Shown here piece by piece: positions 1 through 22,065 of a stretch of DNA of 64,000 nucleotides (the first letter of the stretch is position 1; each line of letters begins with the position of its first letter). The notes below the pieces were generated by a model that was not told the DNA's origin, ran no database searches, and saw nothing but the letters and a program-made list of their open reading frames with translations. Origin of the DNA: Eledone cirrhosa (Eukaryota); NCBI GenBank assembly GCA_964016885.1, contig CAXHJY010001301.1:1-64000 (forward strand), given 5' to 3'. Position numbers and translations under genes: made by a program.

Positions 1-8617
<8,617 letters not shown>

Positions 8618-8866
8618 TGCCTTTCTCACTATAAAAGCTTCACGGCACAGGCATTGCTTTATATCTGGAGATCTATCTGCCCTTGTCGTCACATGGTACC
8701 ATGCGCCCAGCACTATGTCAATAATTGTCACAAGTGTAGTGTTTGTACCAGAGTTTTCAAGTCGCTGGCTGGACTAAAAAGTCACACTCGTTCAGCGCAT
8801 CGGTAGGGGTTCTCCTACATGGATATAAAGTAGTGGCTGTACTCGAAAACGAGTTGGCAGCCACGA
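8618..8866 (+). mobile_element. 5'-truncated copy of the RTE-derived non-autonomous element (3' part of 34411-34988)
   Basis: Near-identical to ~34739-34988; encodes the C2H2-like terminus [23 protein letters not shown]. Confidence 0.8.
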
Positions 8867-8971
8867 TGTATGTGTATAAATATACATATTTATATATATA
8901 TGTATTTATATTTATATGTTTGTGTGTGTGTAGATATGAATTTACATTAAGACAGATATTACATTATCAGA

Positions 8972-9178
8972 TTTATTGCATAATACTATTTCGGTGACAC
9001 CAAGTTAGCAGCTGTTAAGCAAACATTACAGCAGTGACTGGCACTGGTGTGGCATCATGTTTGTCTGCAGCATATCAACTCCTTCACATAATTGTAACGA
9101 TGTCTCTCTGGTTCTAGTTGTTGCAATGATTGAGTAACTGCTACATACCGGTGTCACTGAAATATATATTATGCAATA
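8972..9178. mobile_element. Degraded small foldback element, probably Penelope-pLTR derived
   Basis: ~30-bp inverted ends (tttattgcataatactatttcggtgacacc / ggtgtcactgaaatatatattatgcaata); shares TATTTCGGTGACA with the 59.8-kb foldback. Confidence 0.45.
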
Positions 9179-9359
9179 TTGCCATCATAATGCTGGATGT
9201 ATACAACTGATTTGGAGTGCTGTTACCTGCCTACACTTGAATATCGAGACGTCACAATGTAATTGTTATGGATAAGCAACTCAGTAATAAGTTACATATA
9301 TATATTTCAATGTACACAATTATATATGTATTGTTGGGTGTTACTAGATATGCATATGC

Positions 9360-9635
9360 CCTAGTGCTGTAATGAAATAGTGCTGGTGCCACTACAAAAA
9401 CACCCAGTCCACCCTGAAAGGTGGTACTGCTTGTCATGAGAAAATGCTCCCATGACACTCAATAAAGGGCATCCAGCTGTATAAACCATGCTCTCAGTAT
9501 GTGCTGTAAAGTGGTTGGCATTAGGAAAGTCATCTAGCCCAAGAAACCAAGCCAAAAGTCACCTGATCAGTCTGGCCTCAGCATGTGACAGCCGTATAAC
9601 TTATGCAAACATGGAAAATAGGCATTAAATGGTGG
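9360..9635 (+). mobile_element. Old RTE-type 3'UTR remnant
   Basis: Degenerate gtggttggcattaggaa, aagggcatccagctgta and catggaaaataggcattaaa motifs shared with 28680-28930. Confidence 0.55.
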
Positions 9636-10429
9636 TAATGGTACATATACACATAAATGTTTGTCTATAGTTGTTTTTTTCCTGGATTGGCTTGTGTGTT
9701 ACGTTTTTAAGAAAAACACTTCATTTCACATTGCTCTAGTATCCTCAGCTAAAAATGTCACCAGTAGCTGGGAGTTTAACCCTGTGAAGGATTGGTGTTC
9801 TGTCCTGGAGGGAATCTTAACTCTCAGTTGCTTAATGAGCCTCCGGGCTCTAGACAGACTATATATAAGGATATAAGGGACCCTTTGTTGACTTTTGTGT
9901 TGGTTTAATTAATAGTAGTACTAACACAGCATGATTTATAATAGAAGTGTATATATAAACTCATACAATATGTTTATGTATAATAAACATACATTTGTCA
10001 TGCTGTGGATATTTTACATAACCACACACATATATATAATTAAAATAACACTTGGGACATACAAAACTCAGAAGTGACAGCATCCCTCCGAGGTCAATAA
10101 CTTTAAAACATCCAAGAAGCCTCCTATGAGATCTTGTAGAAAGCCAGCTAAACCTACATAGGTGTGAGCTGTAATTTTCCCCAACAAAATATAGATGGGA
10201 TTGTCATGGCTGTGATGTCAGTTAATCATAAGTCTGCTCAGTCACTGCCTGACATGGTGTTAAACAATAATGATCTGTCTGACATGCAGACATCATAATG
10301 TAGCTGACTATAATTAGAAGACAGTGGAGTTTGGTAAAGAGATGCTGATATCATAATTAATACCTGTCACTAATAAGGTGGGTGCTATGTCAGATTAGCC
10401 CAGTGGTTCTTAAACCTTTTTTTAAATCA

Positions 10430-10618
10430 TGGTGCACTTCAGAAGGCCTAGAAATGTTTTGGTGCACTTCAGAAGGCCTAGAAATATTTTGGTGCACTTT
10501 AGAACATCTGTAAATAGTTTGTACTTTAGAACATTTAGAAATATTTTGGTACACTTTAGAGCAAATAGAAATACTGTGGTGTACTTTAGAACACCTAGAA
10601 ATATTTTGCACTTTGTAC
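10430..10618. repeat. ~30-bp minisatellite, ~6 diverging units
   Basis: tggtgcactt(c/t)agaa.....agaaatattt repeated with period ~30. Confidence 0.8.
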
Positions 10619-11779
10619 CTAAATTTGAAAATTTATTCAAATGAAGTATTGTTTGTATGTATGTATGTATGGAACTGTAGCTCCTGATGGAATTGTAGAG
10701 ACACTGTAGAGATATATAGTGTGTTTTGGGCATTAAAAAAAAGCCTTGTGGAGCCCAATCCCTAGCATAACAAAGTGGAAGAAAAGAATCTCTGTCAGTT
10801 TTAATGAGTGTTTCAGTTCTTCAATCAATGGATCAACCTGCTCATGAAACTGTTAGTTACTGTACTGTCCACAGACATGTGTACCCATACCATAATTCTC
10901 AGGGAGATTCAACATGTCACTGTGTAACATGACTGATCCTTTGAATTACAGGTATAATTCATTTGAATAAGCTTTCACAGTGTTGTATACCCAATTTTAC
11001 TCTCAAGGCATGAGTTAACCTGAGGCTATGGTAAATGACACTGGATCAGGATGCCACACATGATATGATCAGTATCTAATGGGTTAAGGCAATTGTCTTT
11101 ACTAAAGCAAAGGTTATTCTTAGTTGAGGCTCTGTGACGGGCTTAGTCATACTCATTTACTATGGGGGCTGTTTTGAGGCAATGTTTTAAGTTTAGATGC
11201 CCTTCCTAGTGCCAACCCTTTTAATAACAGAGATTTGGTGTACTGATTTATTCTAAACTGGACTTATACAAGAAGGAAAGATAAATGAAATAAAACTCTC
11301 CCTCATCCTCACATCCTTCTTAAGTGCTCATTTATTCTGTTCAGGCTATGAAAAGATGTCGTACTTATCTATTAAATCAAGTCGCATGTGAGGTATATAA
11401 TGAAGTGGTACTTGTCTATCAGATCAAGTCACAGGATAGGTGTGGTAGTTGTCTATTGGATCAAGTCACATGGGAGGGATAGAAAGCTGAGCCTTTAAAG
11501 TAAAATCTAGAAAATGAAATTTACAGTTCACTCTATGCAGGTTTAGCTGGCCTAGAAGTCTTCTTAGGTGTTGTAATGATAGGGGCCCTGTCTTATCAGG
11601 AAAAGCAATGTAAAATAAAATGTCTTGCTGGAGAACCCAGTGACCCATCTTGTCTAGGAATAGAGCCCATGACCTTATTTATGATCATGAGTCTTTCATC
11701 ATTTGTTGTTGTGTAGCCTCAGGTTAAACCTGAATGAGTAGTTTTATAACCATGACTCTTCCTAAAAAGTTCCCCTCTG

Positions 11780-12118
11780 AAGAACAAACCCAAACAAGAG
11801 GTTTTTGTGAAGGACCAGCAGTCATCTATGCATACCAGTTTCCTCTCTCCATGTCACCAATGTCGTCCAATGGAAAAGGAGATGCAGCTAATCACCAATG
11901 ACATCACAATTCATGTATACACATACACTATATAAACTATATATGGTATTATCCAAAGGAAAGGTGAAGGCTGATACAACTTGGTACCAGTGATATTGCA
12001 ACTCATTTCTACAGCTCATTGAATTTGAACAATGTGAAATAGTGTTAAGGACACAATACACTGCTTGGTTGTGGAATTGAATCCTCATGCTCTAACCACT
12101 AAGGCACACACCTTCACT
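11780..12118 (-). mobile_element. Old tRNA-derived SINE
   Basis: Minus-strand head gtgaaggtgtgtgccttagtggttagagc (A-box-like) and gctgtagaaatgag body, as in 32360-32696. Confidence 0.55.
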
Positions 12119-12229
12119 GGCCATCCCTTAGATAATAGGAACCTAGTAGATCCAACAAACCTATGATAAAATATCTAAAGGTAATACTTTGTGGTAGCTG
12201 TCTGACCTGGTCCCTTATTTACTTGTTTT

Positions 12230-12965
12230 CATCATTATCAACATTTTATGGCTGCTTTCTGGCATGGTTTGGGATTAGGTTGATCAGAAAACTGCATCCT
12301 CTTACATTCCATATTTTGACATGGTTTCTGCAGCTGGATACCTTTCTTAATGCAAACCACCTTACAGTATGTACTGGGTGCATTTTATTATGGCACCAGC
12401 ACTACCACTATCACTATGCAGTGTGTACTGGGTGCATTTTATTATGGCACCAGCACTACCACTATCACTATGCAGTGTGTACTGGGTGCATTTTATCATA
12501 GCACCAGCACTACCACTTTGCAGCGTGTACTGGGTGCATTTTATTATGGCACCAGCACTACCACTACCACTATGCAGTGTGTACTGGGTGCATTTTATCA
12601 TAGCACCAGCACTACCACTATGCAGTGTGTACTGGGTACATTTTATCATAGCATCAGCACTATCACTTTGCAGTGTGTACTGGGTGCATTTTATTATGGC
12701 ACCAGCACTACCACTATGCAGTGTGTACTGGGTGCATTTTATCATAGCACCAGCACTACCACTTTGCAGTGTGTACTGGGTGCATTTTATCATAGCACCA
12801 GCACTACCACTCTGCAGTGTGTACTGGGTGCATTTTATCATAGCACCAGCACTACCACTTTGCAATGTATACTAGGGGCATTTTATTGTGGCACCATTTT
12901 ACAGAGAGTACTGGTTATATTTTATCATGCACTAGCACTACCACTCTAGTAGGTGCATTTTATTG
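12230..12965 (-). repeat. RTE 3'UTR remnant with its ~48-54-bp unit expanded to ~11-12 tandem copies (~12365-12950)
   Basis: Unit cagtgtgtactgggtgcattttatcatagcaccagcactaccact(t/a)tg is the reverse complement of the RTE 3'UTR unit; adjoins degenerate gctggatacctttcttaatgcaaaccac and a catcat tail. Confidence 0.8.
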
Positions 12966-15167
12966 GGGCTTCAACACCTGAGAGGTTGTAAAGTACCATT
13001 GTTTCCTCTATATTTAACATGATCTTAAATTTAACACTGACTCATTAATCAGTTGTTGACTCTCTGGTGTATTTAGTCATACTACATAATTTGTTCTTTT
13101 AATTCTCTTTTTATGTTACAAATGTCAGTTTTCTTCCTTGTTGCTATTGCATTGGTAAATATCAGGTTAACATTTCTGTTTTTACTGTTTAGTCAGAGAA
13201 AGAAGGGGTAGTGCTCATGACATTTTTCAGGACTTGTGACAATGGTGGGATGGAAGGAGAGGGGGAAGTGTCCATGACCCTTTTCAGGGTTTTTGAGACA
13301 GGTGGGAGGGAGGGAGAAAGGTATCTGTAAAATGGAGACCTGACCTGAAACTTGTGAGAGTGGACCCAGGTAAAGGTACCCAAAGGCCAGATAGATAAAC
13401 CAGCAAACAGATGATATAATAAGTGTAATTGTATCAGTTATTAGTTTGGATTTAAACTATTTTGATGACAAACCTTGTTAACTGTTACTGCATATTTTGA
13501 GATCTTCATCAATTACATCATCACTACACTCTTTTCTCTCTGCTAGCATGAGTTGGACAAAACCTTTTTTGAGTATTCTATGGTTGGATGCCATTTTTTA
13601 ATACTAGCCCTTGTTTTAAATTCACATGTTGAACTACTGATAGTTTGGTAATAAAAGGGTTAAATATATTTTGGTTTTACTGTTGTAAAAATAGAGCTAC
13701 ATACTGAACAATGTGTGTAATATTAAATGGAATAGAATAGGCTTTTCTTTGGTTTAATGGTGAATGTTTCCAGCTGTTCAGTTAATGAAACAGCCTGATC
13801 AAAAAATTAACATGAGCATTTCAGCCACATGTATCCTAAATGTAACTTCCAAGGAGATTGTGTGACACAAAATGTGACAATGTTAGTCCTATGGATTATG
13901 GGCACAGTTTCTGATGAATTTCCAAACAAGTTTGTTTCATATGACTGGTGTTATGCTAAATAACATTTACCCAAGAGGTCACGCTGTGGGATTGAACCTG
14001 GGTCCTAATGATTGTGTCCACATATGTAAATGACATACACATTTACATGGTCATAAAAATCGCACGCACACACACAGGTGTGTGTATATGTGCTAATATA
14101 TTTATATAATTACATAATTACTCATGTACATGAAACACTTAATTATCAATTAGGTTTCCTCCTTATGTATGTACACATACATGCACATACAAATACACAC
14201 ACATGCACATGTACACAGATGCACATACACACGTACACACATATACACACATACATCACACACCACACCACACCACCCTGCACCACACCAAACATGTGGT
14301 ACTCAGTATATATCTCCTGTTAAAAGAAGCCAATCTAATTATTCTGTTATGTTAAGGTAGAAAATTTTCAGATTCTGTCTGGCGGTTGGTGGAGCCCTTT
14401 TTTTAACATTTTCTTTGCTTCACCCTTTCTCCCCCTCTCTTTCCTCAACATCTGTTACCTCCTCTCTTCCTCCCCCTCCTCCATACTAAATCTGTTACTG
14501 CCCTTCCCCTCCTCCACTGTGTGTTACCCCTTCTCCCTCCCCCACTGTATGTTACCCCTTCTCCCTCCCCCACTATGTTATGCCCACCTTTCCTCTCCCT
14601 TCAAGTGTGTTGCCCCCTTCCCCCCATTGTGTTACCCCCACCTATCTCTTTCCCTTCACTGTCTGTAACTCCCTTTTTAATCATTACTGTTGTCTATATG
14701 TATGTGTATGGTATGTGTGTGTATCTGTTATCCCACTTTTCTCCTCTCACTGCTCTGTGTGCATGTGAGTCTGCATGTGTGTGCTGTGTTTGTGTATGCT
14801 GTCTCGTGTGTGTGTCTCTGCTTTGTGTGTGTATGCTCTGTCTGTGTTTGTGTGTGTATACTGTATGTATTTTCTGTGTGTGTGTATGTTACCTCACTTT
14901 TCTCTCTTCCCTTTCATTCTATTCAACCCCTTGCCTTTCTTCACATACACTATTTCCTTCTCTCTCCAAAGTTAGCCTCTTCTCTCCACCTAGTCCTTGA
15001 CATTCCAACTATAAACTAAAGTTATCCTATTTCTAGACTGGTCCTCTTCTCTCCCGCTAGTTCCTGACATTCCAGTTATAAACTGAAGTTATCCTATCTC
15101 CTATTTGTAAACTTTGCTAGCCTGAATATCACAGTTTTCCTGGACTTCTTACTAATGATGATAATAA

Positions 15168-15500
15168 TTATAATAATTGTTTCTACTTTTTGGCAGAAGG
15201 CCAGTAATTACCCAGTGCATTACTGGTACTTTATTTTATCGACCCCGTAAGGATGAAAGGCAATGTTAACCTCGGCGGGATTTGAACTCAGAATGGCAAG
15301 GGCCGTAACTCTGTGTCAAAGTATGACGTCTGACCCTCTACTGATACTGCCAATCCACGATAATAATTATAATAATGGTTTCTGATTTAGACACAAGATC
15401 AGCAATTTTGGGGGAGGTGAAAGTCGATTAAATTGATCCCAGTGCATTACTGGTACTTTATTTTATCGACCCAGTAAAGATGAAAGACAATGTTAACCTC
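15168..15500 (-). mobile_element. Two tandem copies (one partial) of a tRNA-derived SINE with a Meta-like central domain
   Basis: B-box gagttcaaatccc and ...gcctttcatccttacggggtcgataaaataaagtaccag on minus; (TAA)-rich tail. Confidence 0.75.
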
Positions 15501-16108
15501 CCATCTTTTCAGGGGTGGGGTTAACAAAAACAAAAGACCCCCCCCCCCCCCCCCCCCGGTCTTAGTTTCTCTCCATTTCCATATTCCAACACCGCTGTTT
15601 TATTTAGTAATCCAGACTATAACCATCATAGCTAGGTGTTTATCAGATTGAGTTATATATCAATTATTGTTGCTCAGTCAACAAAAGGAGGGGAGAGGGG
15701 GCACTAGAAATAGCAGCAAAAAGTTCAATTTACCTGTTGGGTAGCTCCATTAATTCTTGGGATTAATATTGACTACTTTAGGGACTCACTGGTACCTACT
15801 TTATTGACATGTAGCTACTTTATTTACAGTAGCTTTTCTCTTGGTACTGAGAATAGTGTCCATATAACTCATCATTGTTTAGGGTGGGTTGGGTGGGGGA
15901 ATGTACATCAGTAGTACAGTGGTATCTTTATCTATCATGCAGGAGACTTAATTCCCTGCATGTGGCTTAGTGGTTAGGGTGTTTGGTTCACAATTGTAAC
16001 CTCGTGGGTTCAATTCCTGACAGTGTATTGTGTCCTTGTAGTACAAAGGACCAGCCTTGTCATGTATTGTCATGCTAAATCTCCCTGAAAATTGTGTTGC
16101 AGGTACAT

Positions 16109-16241
16109 TAGCTCAGCTGGTCTTGCTTTGGGACCCAGCTGGATCAATTGGAGATGCTTGCTTCTGACAGGACCTGTTGGAAGGAGTACTTGAGAACTCT
16201 GCCCCAACAACCCTTCCAGGAATAAGTGGGCGAAGAAGAAG
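16109..16241 (+). mobile_element. Short LINE 3'-end insertion into a SINE, with 8-bp TSD
   Basis: Flanked by aggtacat (16101-16108, 16242-16249); (GAA)n tail; homologous to ~18200-18340. Confidence 0.7.
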
Positions 16242-16560
16242 AGGTACATGTCTATGGAATGCTCAGCCACTTGCATGTTAATTTCATCAGCAGTCTGTTC
16301 TGTTGATTGAACAACTGGAACACTCATCTCAGAAACTGACAGTGGTGCAACACATTTACAAAAATATCTCCCAATATTCCATTAGTTACAGGATACACGT
16401 AAAATTCCGCAGCTGTTATTGCAACTGTTTGCACATTCAGCTTTATTGCTGCACTATTTTTTCTCATCAAATTTAATTGGAATTCTTCAAAGGATCCGAG
16501 CATACAGTTGAGATTAGAGTCAGAGATTGGAAATCCTGCTGTGTTTATTATTTCTATTAA

Positions 16561-17080
16561 CCCTTTTGATACCAAACTGTCTAAAACTGGCCGTGATTCT
16601 ATTATAAAAAACTGTTTGTATTAAAGTGTTCATCATATCTATTTTCCATGCTTGCATTGGTTAGACGTATTGTTATAAATTCAGGCTAGACAGGTCAGAT
16701 GCTTGTATTGCTCATACTTTCCATTCTGGCATGGTTGGATGCCTTTTCAAATGCCAACCACTTTACGGCATGTACATGTTGCATTTTTTGAGGCTCCAAC
16801 TCTATCAATTTATAGTGTGTGCTGGGTGTATTTTATTGTCGTACTAGGCTACTACTTTAGAGTGGGTGCATTTTATCATGACATATGCACTACTACTTTA
16901 GTGTGTGCTGGGTGCATTTATATATATATTTATCAAAAACCTCCCATTATAATTTATGCTTCAAACACCAGTTTAATAATGTGAAAGTTAGTTATATAAC
17001 TAAATTTCTCCACATTCTTATTTCAAAAATTATTTGAAAATCATAGATTGTCATTCATTAGAAATATGGTAATGAAAGGC
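16561..17080 (+). mobile_element. TTAA-flanked MITE (piggyBac-like), containing an RTE-3'UTR insertion
   Basis: ttaa|cccttttgatacc ... ggtaatgaaaggc|ttaa; family recurs at ~17.1, 26.7-29.1, 45.6, 50.1, 50.8, 54.2, 54.7 and 62.9 kb. Confidence 0.6.
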
Positions 17081-18049
17081 TTAAAGATATAGGCATTGTT
17101 TTTTTTTTATTAGAAATATGGTAATGAAATGGTTAAAGACAGGCTGTGTCATTCATTAAAAATATAATGAAAGTTCCAGTTAATCTTGAAGATAATCAAC
17201 TTTTTGATTAATTCATATATTAAGCCAATGTTTACAGAAGTTAAAAGGGTTTCATGTGAAATTATGATGGAATGTTTTTAATTTCAATATGAATATTTTT
17301 AAACAATTTTTTTATATAAGAAAATTAGAGGTTGTTTTTGATGTGTTGGTGGCAAAAGTGTTAAATATATTGTTTCTTAAAGAATTTCTCTTGTATATTT
17401 TCAATATCTTCCTGGAAAATGGATATTCAGATGGATTTCTTCTTTTACCCCTCAACCTTCTTTAAGACTTGCATACTTCACACAGAACTGGTGAATTAGT
17501 GGCAGAGTTGTTAAAGCAACACACATAATATCTTGTATTTGTTCTGGTTTTGAGGTCAGCTTTGCCTTTCATCCCTTTGGGGTTGATAAAATAAAGTAGT
17601 AGTAGTAACAACAGTAGTCTATGATGGAGGATTGTTTGAGTTGAATGAGATGACTTGCAGTATCTGTTCTGGCACTTTGTGTTTTGAACTGAAATCCTGC
17701 CAAAGCATCCAACAAAATGCCTGATATGCAGTTATCTAGTTTTGATATTAAATCCCATTGATGTTGATTTTTGCTTTTGCGTTTCATCCCTTTGGATGGT
17801 AAAATATGAAGATCCCTTAAATCTTAGTGGAATTGTAGGTGCATCATATGGTATGTCTTGGGTATTTTAAACATGGTAGAACCCACCCCACCCCACTTCA
17901 GATAGGAATGATGTCTTCTAAAGAGAAATAAAAGAATTGACCCTAGTATTTGTCTGGTATTTTGTTTATTGATCTTGAAAGGGTGTTTGGAGTAACGTTA
18001 CTTGATAGAGTGCGTAACTTGGAGATCAGTCACTTCAGATAGAACTGCT

Positions 18050-18340
18050 ACTTCTCTGTATTGAGAGATCACAGCTCTGATATTACAGGCATGTGTTTAG
18101 AATGTTTCGGGAAAGAATTGCTGGACAGATTTTATGGGCAAAACCAACCGGCAGGTGACCCAAAGGTAGACCCCTAGCAAGATGGTTGCTTAACATCCAT
18201 GAGCTTGGCTGGGCTTGCTTGGAGATCCAACTGGATCAATTGGAGATGGTTGCTTCTGACATGATGAGCTGCTGGAAGGCATGCTTGAGGATTCTACTCC
18301 TATGACCCTCCCAGGAATAAGTGAGAGATGATGATGATCT
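18050..18340 (+). mobile_element. Degenerate RTE-like LINE ORF 3' end
   Basis: Translates ERSQL*YYRHVFRM...KPTGR*PKGRP; ends in (GAT)n. Confidence 0.6.
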
Positions 18341-18994
18341 CGAAAAGATGAAAGGTAAAGTTTACCTCAGTGGAATTTCAACTCAGAGTACAGTGGGCTG
18401 GAACAAATATCAAAGTGTTTACAATCCAAAGCCCTAACAACTCTGCCAATTCACCAACTTTTTTTTTATAGATGGCAATCAATAATAAAATAAATTATCA
18501 GTAAAGTACTGGAGTCGATATAATTGATTACCCTCCCGCACCCATAAATGTGTTTGTAGCTCTGTTAGAAATCATTATTCCTAGAAGAAAAAAAGACATT
18601 TCCTCTCATTGAAGCTGAAATATTAAAGCAGCTGCTTTGGAAGAATTATTGATATTCAGAACATGTCATATACATATAAATGATACTAAAATAAGAGACT
18701 CGTACTGTAGGTTACATTATGTCTGTGTAAATACTAATGTATCATCATTACATCGTCATCATTTAATGTGTTTTACCTGCTAGCAAGGGTTAGATGGGTT
18801 GTCTCAGACCAAATCAGTACTCAAGCAGACCTACTGATCTTTCAGATGGGCAGGAGGCTGAAACTAGCTTACAGTATGTACAGGGGGTTGCACAGGGTGT
18901 TGCACAAGCACCAGAAAGGTTGTCATGATATATATTTTTTAGGTTATATAATACTGTATGTATGTGAATCTTATATTCTGTGCTGGTCATATGG

Positions 18995-19372
18995 ATGTGT
19001 GTAAATGACTTACTGTTTGTGTGTGTGTATAAATGACTGACATACTGTTTGTGTGTGTGTATAAATGACTGACATACTGTGTGTGTGTGTGTAAATAACT
19101 GACATACTGTGTGTGTGTGTAAATAACTGACATACTGTGTGTGTGTGTAAATGACTGACATACTGTGTAAATGACTGACAGACCATGTGTGTAAATAATT
19201 GACATACCGTGTGTGTGTGTAAATGACTGACATACTGTGTAAATGACTGACAGTCCATGTGTGTAACTGACATACTGTGTGTGTGTAAATGTTTGATATA
19301 CTGTGTGTAAATGACTGACATACTGTGTGTGTGTGTAAATGACTGACATACTGTGCGTGTCTTTGTGTGTAA
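18995..19372. repeat. Minisatellite gtaaat(g/a)actgacatac with variable (TG)n spacers
   Basis: About a dozen units visible directly. Confidence 0.85.
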
Positions 19373-19739
19373 CATACTACAAAATATACGGACTTATGCT
19401 CTAGTTTACTTAATTACACCATTTGTTTGTGTGTTAGTGTGTGTGTAAATACTAACACACTATAAAGGTTGGTGGCTTAGTGGTTAGTGGTGTTTGGCTC
19501 ATGTATATAAGGTGATGGGTTTGATTTCTAGCAGTGTTGTGTTGGTCAACCAATTGAAATAGTCATTGTTGGAACTGATGGAGCTCCAACTACTAACACA
19601 CTACTGTAAACTAAAAGACTAGGGATATATAATTACTATGTGTAGATACTAACATACTATTGTAAACTATATAGGACTAATATTGTAGATTACATAATGT
19701 GTATGTGTGTGTAGATGCTAACATATTACTCTAAACTAT

Positions 19740-20066
19740 GTGAAGGTGTGTGGCTTTGTGGTTAGGGTATTTGGCTTACAATCATAAGGTTGTGAGTTTG
19801 ATTCTCAGCAGAGCGTTGTGTCCTTGAGCAAGACACTTTATTTCATGCTGTTCCAGTCCACTCAGCTGGCAAAAATGAGTGGTACCTGTAGTTCGAATGG
19901 CCAGCCTTGTCACATGCTGTGTCATGCTAAATCTCCCCAAGAACTACGTAAAGGGTACATGTATCTGTGGAATGCTCAGCCACTTGCACGTTGATTTCAT
20001 GAGCCGGCTGTTTCGTTGATCGGAGCAACTGGAACACTCATTGCCATAACTGACGAAGTGCCTCTG
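19740..20066 (+). mobile_element. tRNA-derived, CORE-like SINE (near full length)
   Basis: tggctttgtggttagg A-box, gagtttgattc B-box, ccttgagcaagacactttatttc...cactcagctg body; partial copies at ~10.8, 13.8, 16.0, 22.3, 31.1 and 32.1 kb. Confidence 0.7.
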
Positions 20067-20684
20067 AAAAAAACTATATAACTATATAATTCTTTCTACT
20101 TTTGGCACAAGTCCAGCAATTACCCAGTGCATTACTGGTACTTTATTTTATCGACCCCGTAACTATATAATATTGTGGATTACATCATTAGTGTGTGTGT
20201 GGGGATACTAGCATACTACTATATGTCTAATTCTGTAGGATATATAATTACTGTGTGTAGATACTAACATACTACTGTAAACCATAAAGGCTGAAACACT
20301 TGCTTGAATGGGGGTTTCTTCCCTGAAGACCTTCTGCTGTCCAACTCTCTTGAGTTTCTTACCACTAGGTTACATAATTTGTGTTTATAATATACTACTG
20401 TAATGTATATGGCCTAACACTATATATTACATAATTAATGTGTGTATGTGTATAGCTACTATCATACTACTGTAATATATGTATATGACTAATATTGTAG
20501 ATTATATAATTACTGCCATAAACTGTCATGGTCTCTACAGAAATACTAAAAAACTGAATACTTGATAAAATGTTTGTTTTTTGTTCTGCTTGCTTTACTA
20601 TGTATAACTGTTGATCAATAGAGAGACTGCAAGGCATACAGTTATATATATATACATAGATACATACACATATATACATAGAAC

Positions 20685-20955
20685 ACCCTCCCACTGCAAG
20701 GTGGTCGTGGAGGTGCCATGGCAAAGAAGCACCCAGCCCACACTGTAAAGTGGACGTGTAGGTGCCACGGAAAAAGCACCCAGCACTCACTGTAAATGAG
20801 GTTGGTGTTAGGAAGGGCATCCAGCTGTAGAAATCAGGCCAAAATCAGTTCCTGTATGAGCAAGGCATGGTTAGCCGATCAAACACTGCTCACAACAGGA
20901 CAACCCGTCTAACCCATGCTAGCATGGAAGAACGGACGTAAAACGGTGATGATGA
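20685..20955 (+). mobile_element. Isolated 3'UTR of RTE family B
   Basis: Near-identical to 28660-28930, ending aacggacgtaaaacggtgatgatgat. Confidence 0.85.
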
Positions 20956-21922
20956 TACATACACATATATGGATAGATACATACACATATATGGATAGAT
21001 ACATACACATATATGGATAGATACATACACATATATGGATATATACATACACATATATGGATAGATACATACACATATATGGATAGATACATACACATAT
21101 ATGGATAGATACATACACATATATGGATAGCTACATACACATATATGGATAGATACATACACATATATGGATAGATACATACACATATATGGATAGATAC
21201 ATACACATATATGGATAGATACATACACATATATGGATAGATACATACACATATATGCATAGATACATACACATATATACAGATACATACACATGTATAC
21301 ATGTATACATACATACACATGTATACATGTATACATGTATACATACATACACATGTATACATGTATACATACACATGTATACATAGATATATACACATGT
21401 ATACATAGATATATACACATGTATACATAGATACATACACATGTATACATACACATGTATACATAGATACATACACATGTATACATACACATGTATACAT
21501 GTATACATAGATACATACACATGTATACATACACATGTATACATAGATACATAGATGCATACACATATATACATAAATACACATACATACACGCATAAAT
21601 ACATATACATACACGCATAGATACATATACATACACACATACATACACATACATATACATACACACACAAATACATATACACATAAATACATATACACAT
21701 AAATACATACACACACATATACATAGACACACACACATATACATAGACACACACATATACATAGACACACACATACACACACATATACATACACACCCAC
21801 GCATACATAGATACATACACATAGATACATACACACATACATAGATACATACACATATGTACATTCATGTATATGCACAGAGGGACACTTATTCACACAC
21901 ACGCACGCACGCACACATGCGT

Positions 21923-21953
<31 letters not shown>

Positions 21954-22000
21954 CACACACACACCACACACCACACACCACACACCACGCACCACGCACA

Positions 22001-22033
<33 letters not shown>

Positions 22034-22065
22034 TGCAGGCACTCACACCCTCACATACACACAGC
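20956..22065. repeat. 22-bp minisatellite (acatacacatatatggatagat, ~13-14 copies) grading into TACA/CA simple repeats
   Basis: Directly visible; begins at the RTE (GAT)n tail. Confidence 0.9.

Noticed and set aside
12350-12950. CRISPR-like array of palindromic repeats / repetitive protein ORFs
   Set aside because: No unique spacers, no cas genes, eukaryotic context; the unit derives from the RTE 3'UTR
16324-16575. 83-aa ORF in non-repetitive-looking sequence as a host exon
   Set aside because: No recognisable domain; it starts in a MITE and ends in a SINE; splice signals are unconvincing
18995-19372. Repeat-spacer array
   Set aside because: Spacers are only variable-length (TG)n, so this is a slippage minisatellite
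19740-19815. tRNA genes here and at similar heads (e.g. ~32620-32696, 55758, 58143)
   Set aside because: A/B boxes are present but there is no proper cloverleaf, and each continues into a SINE body
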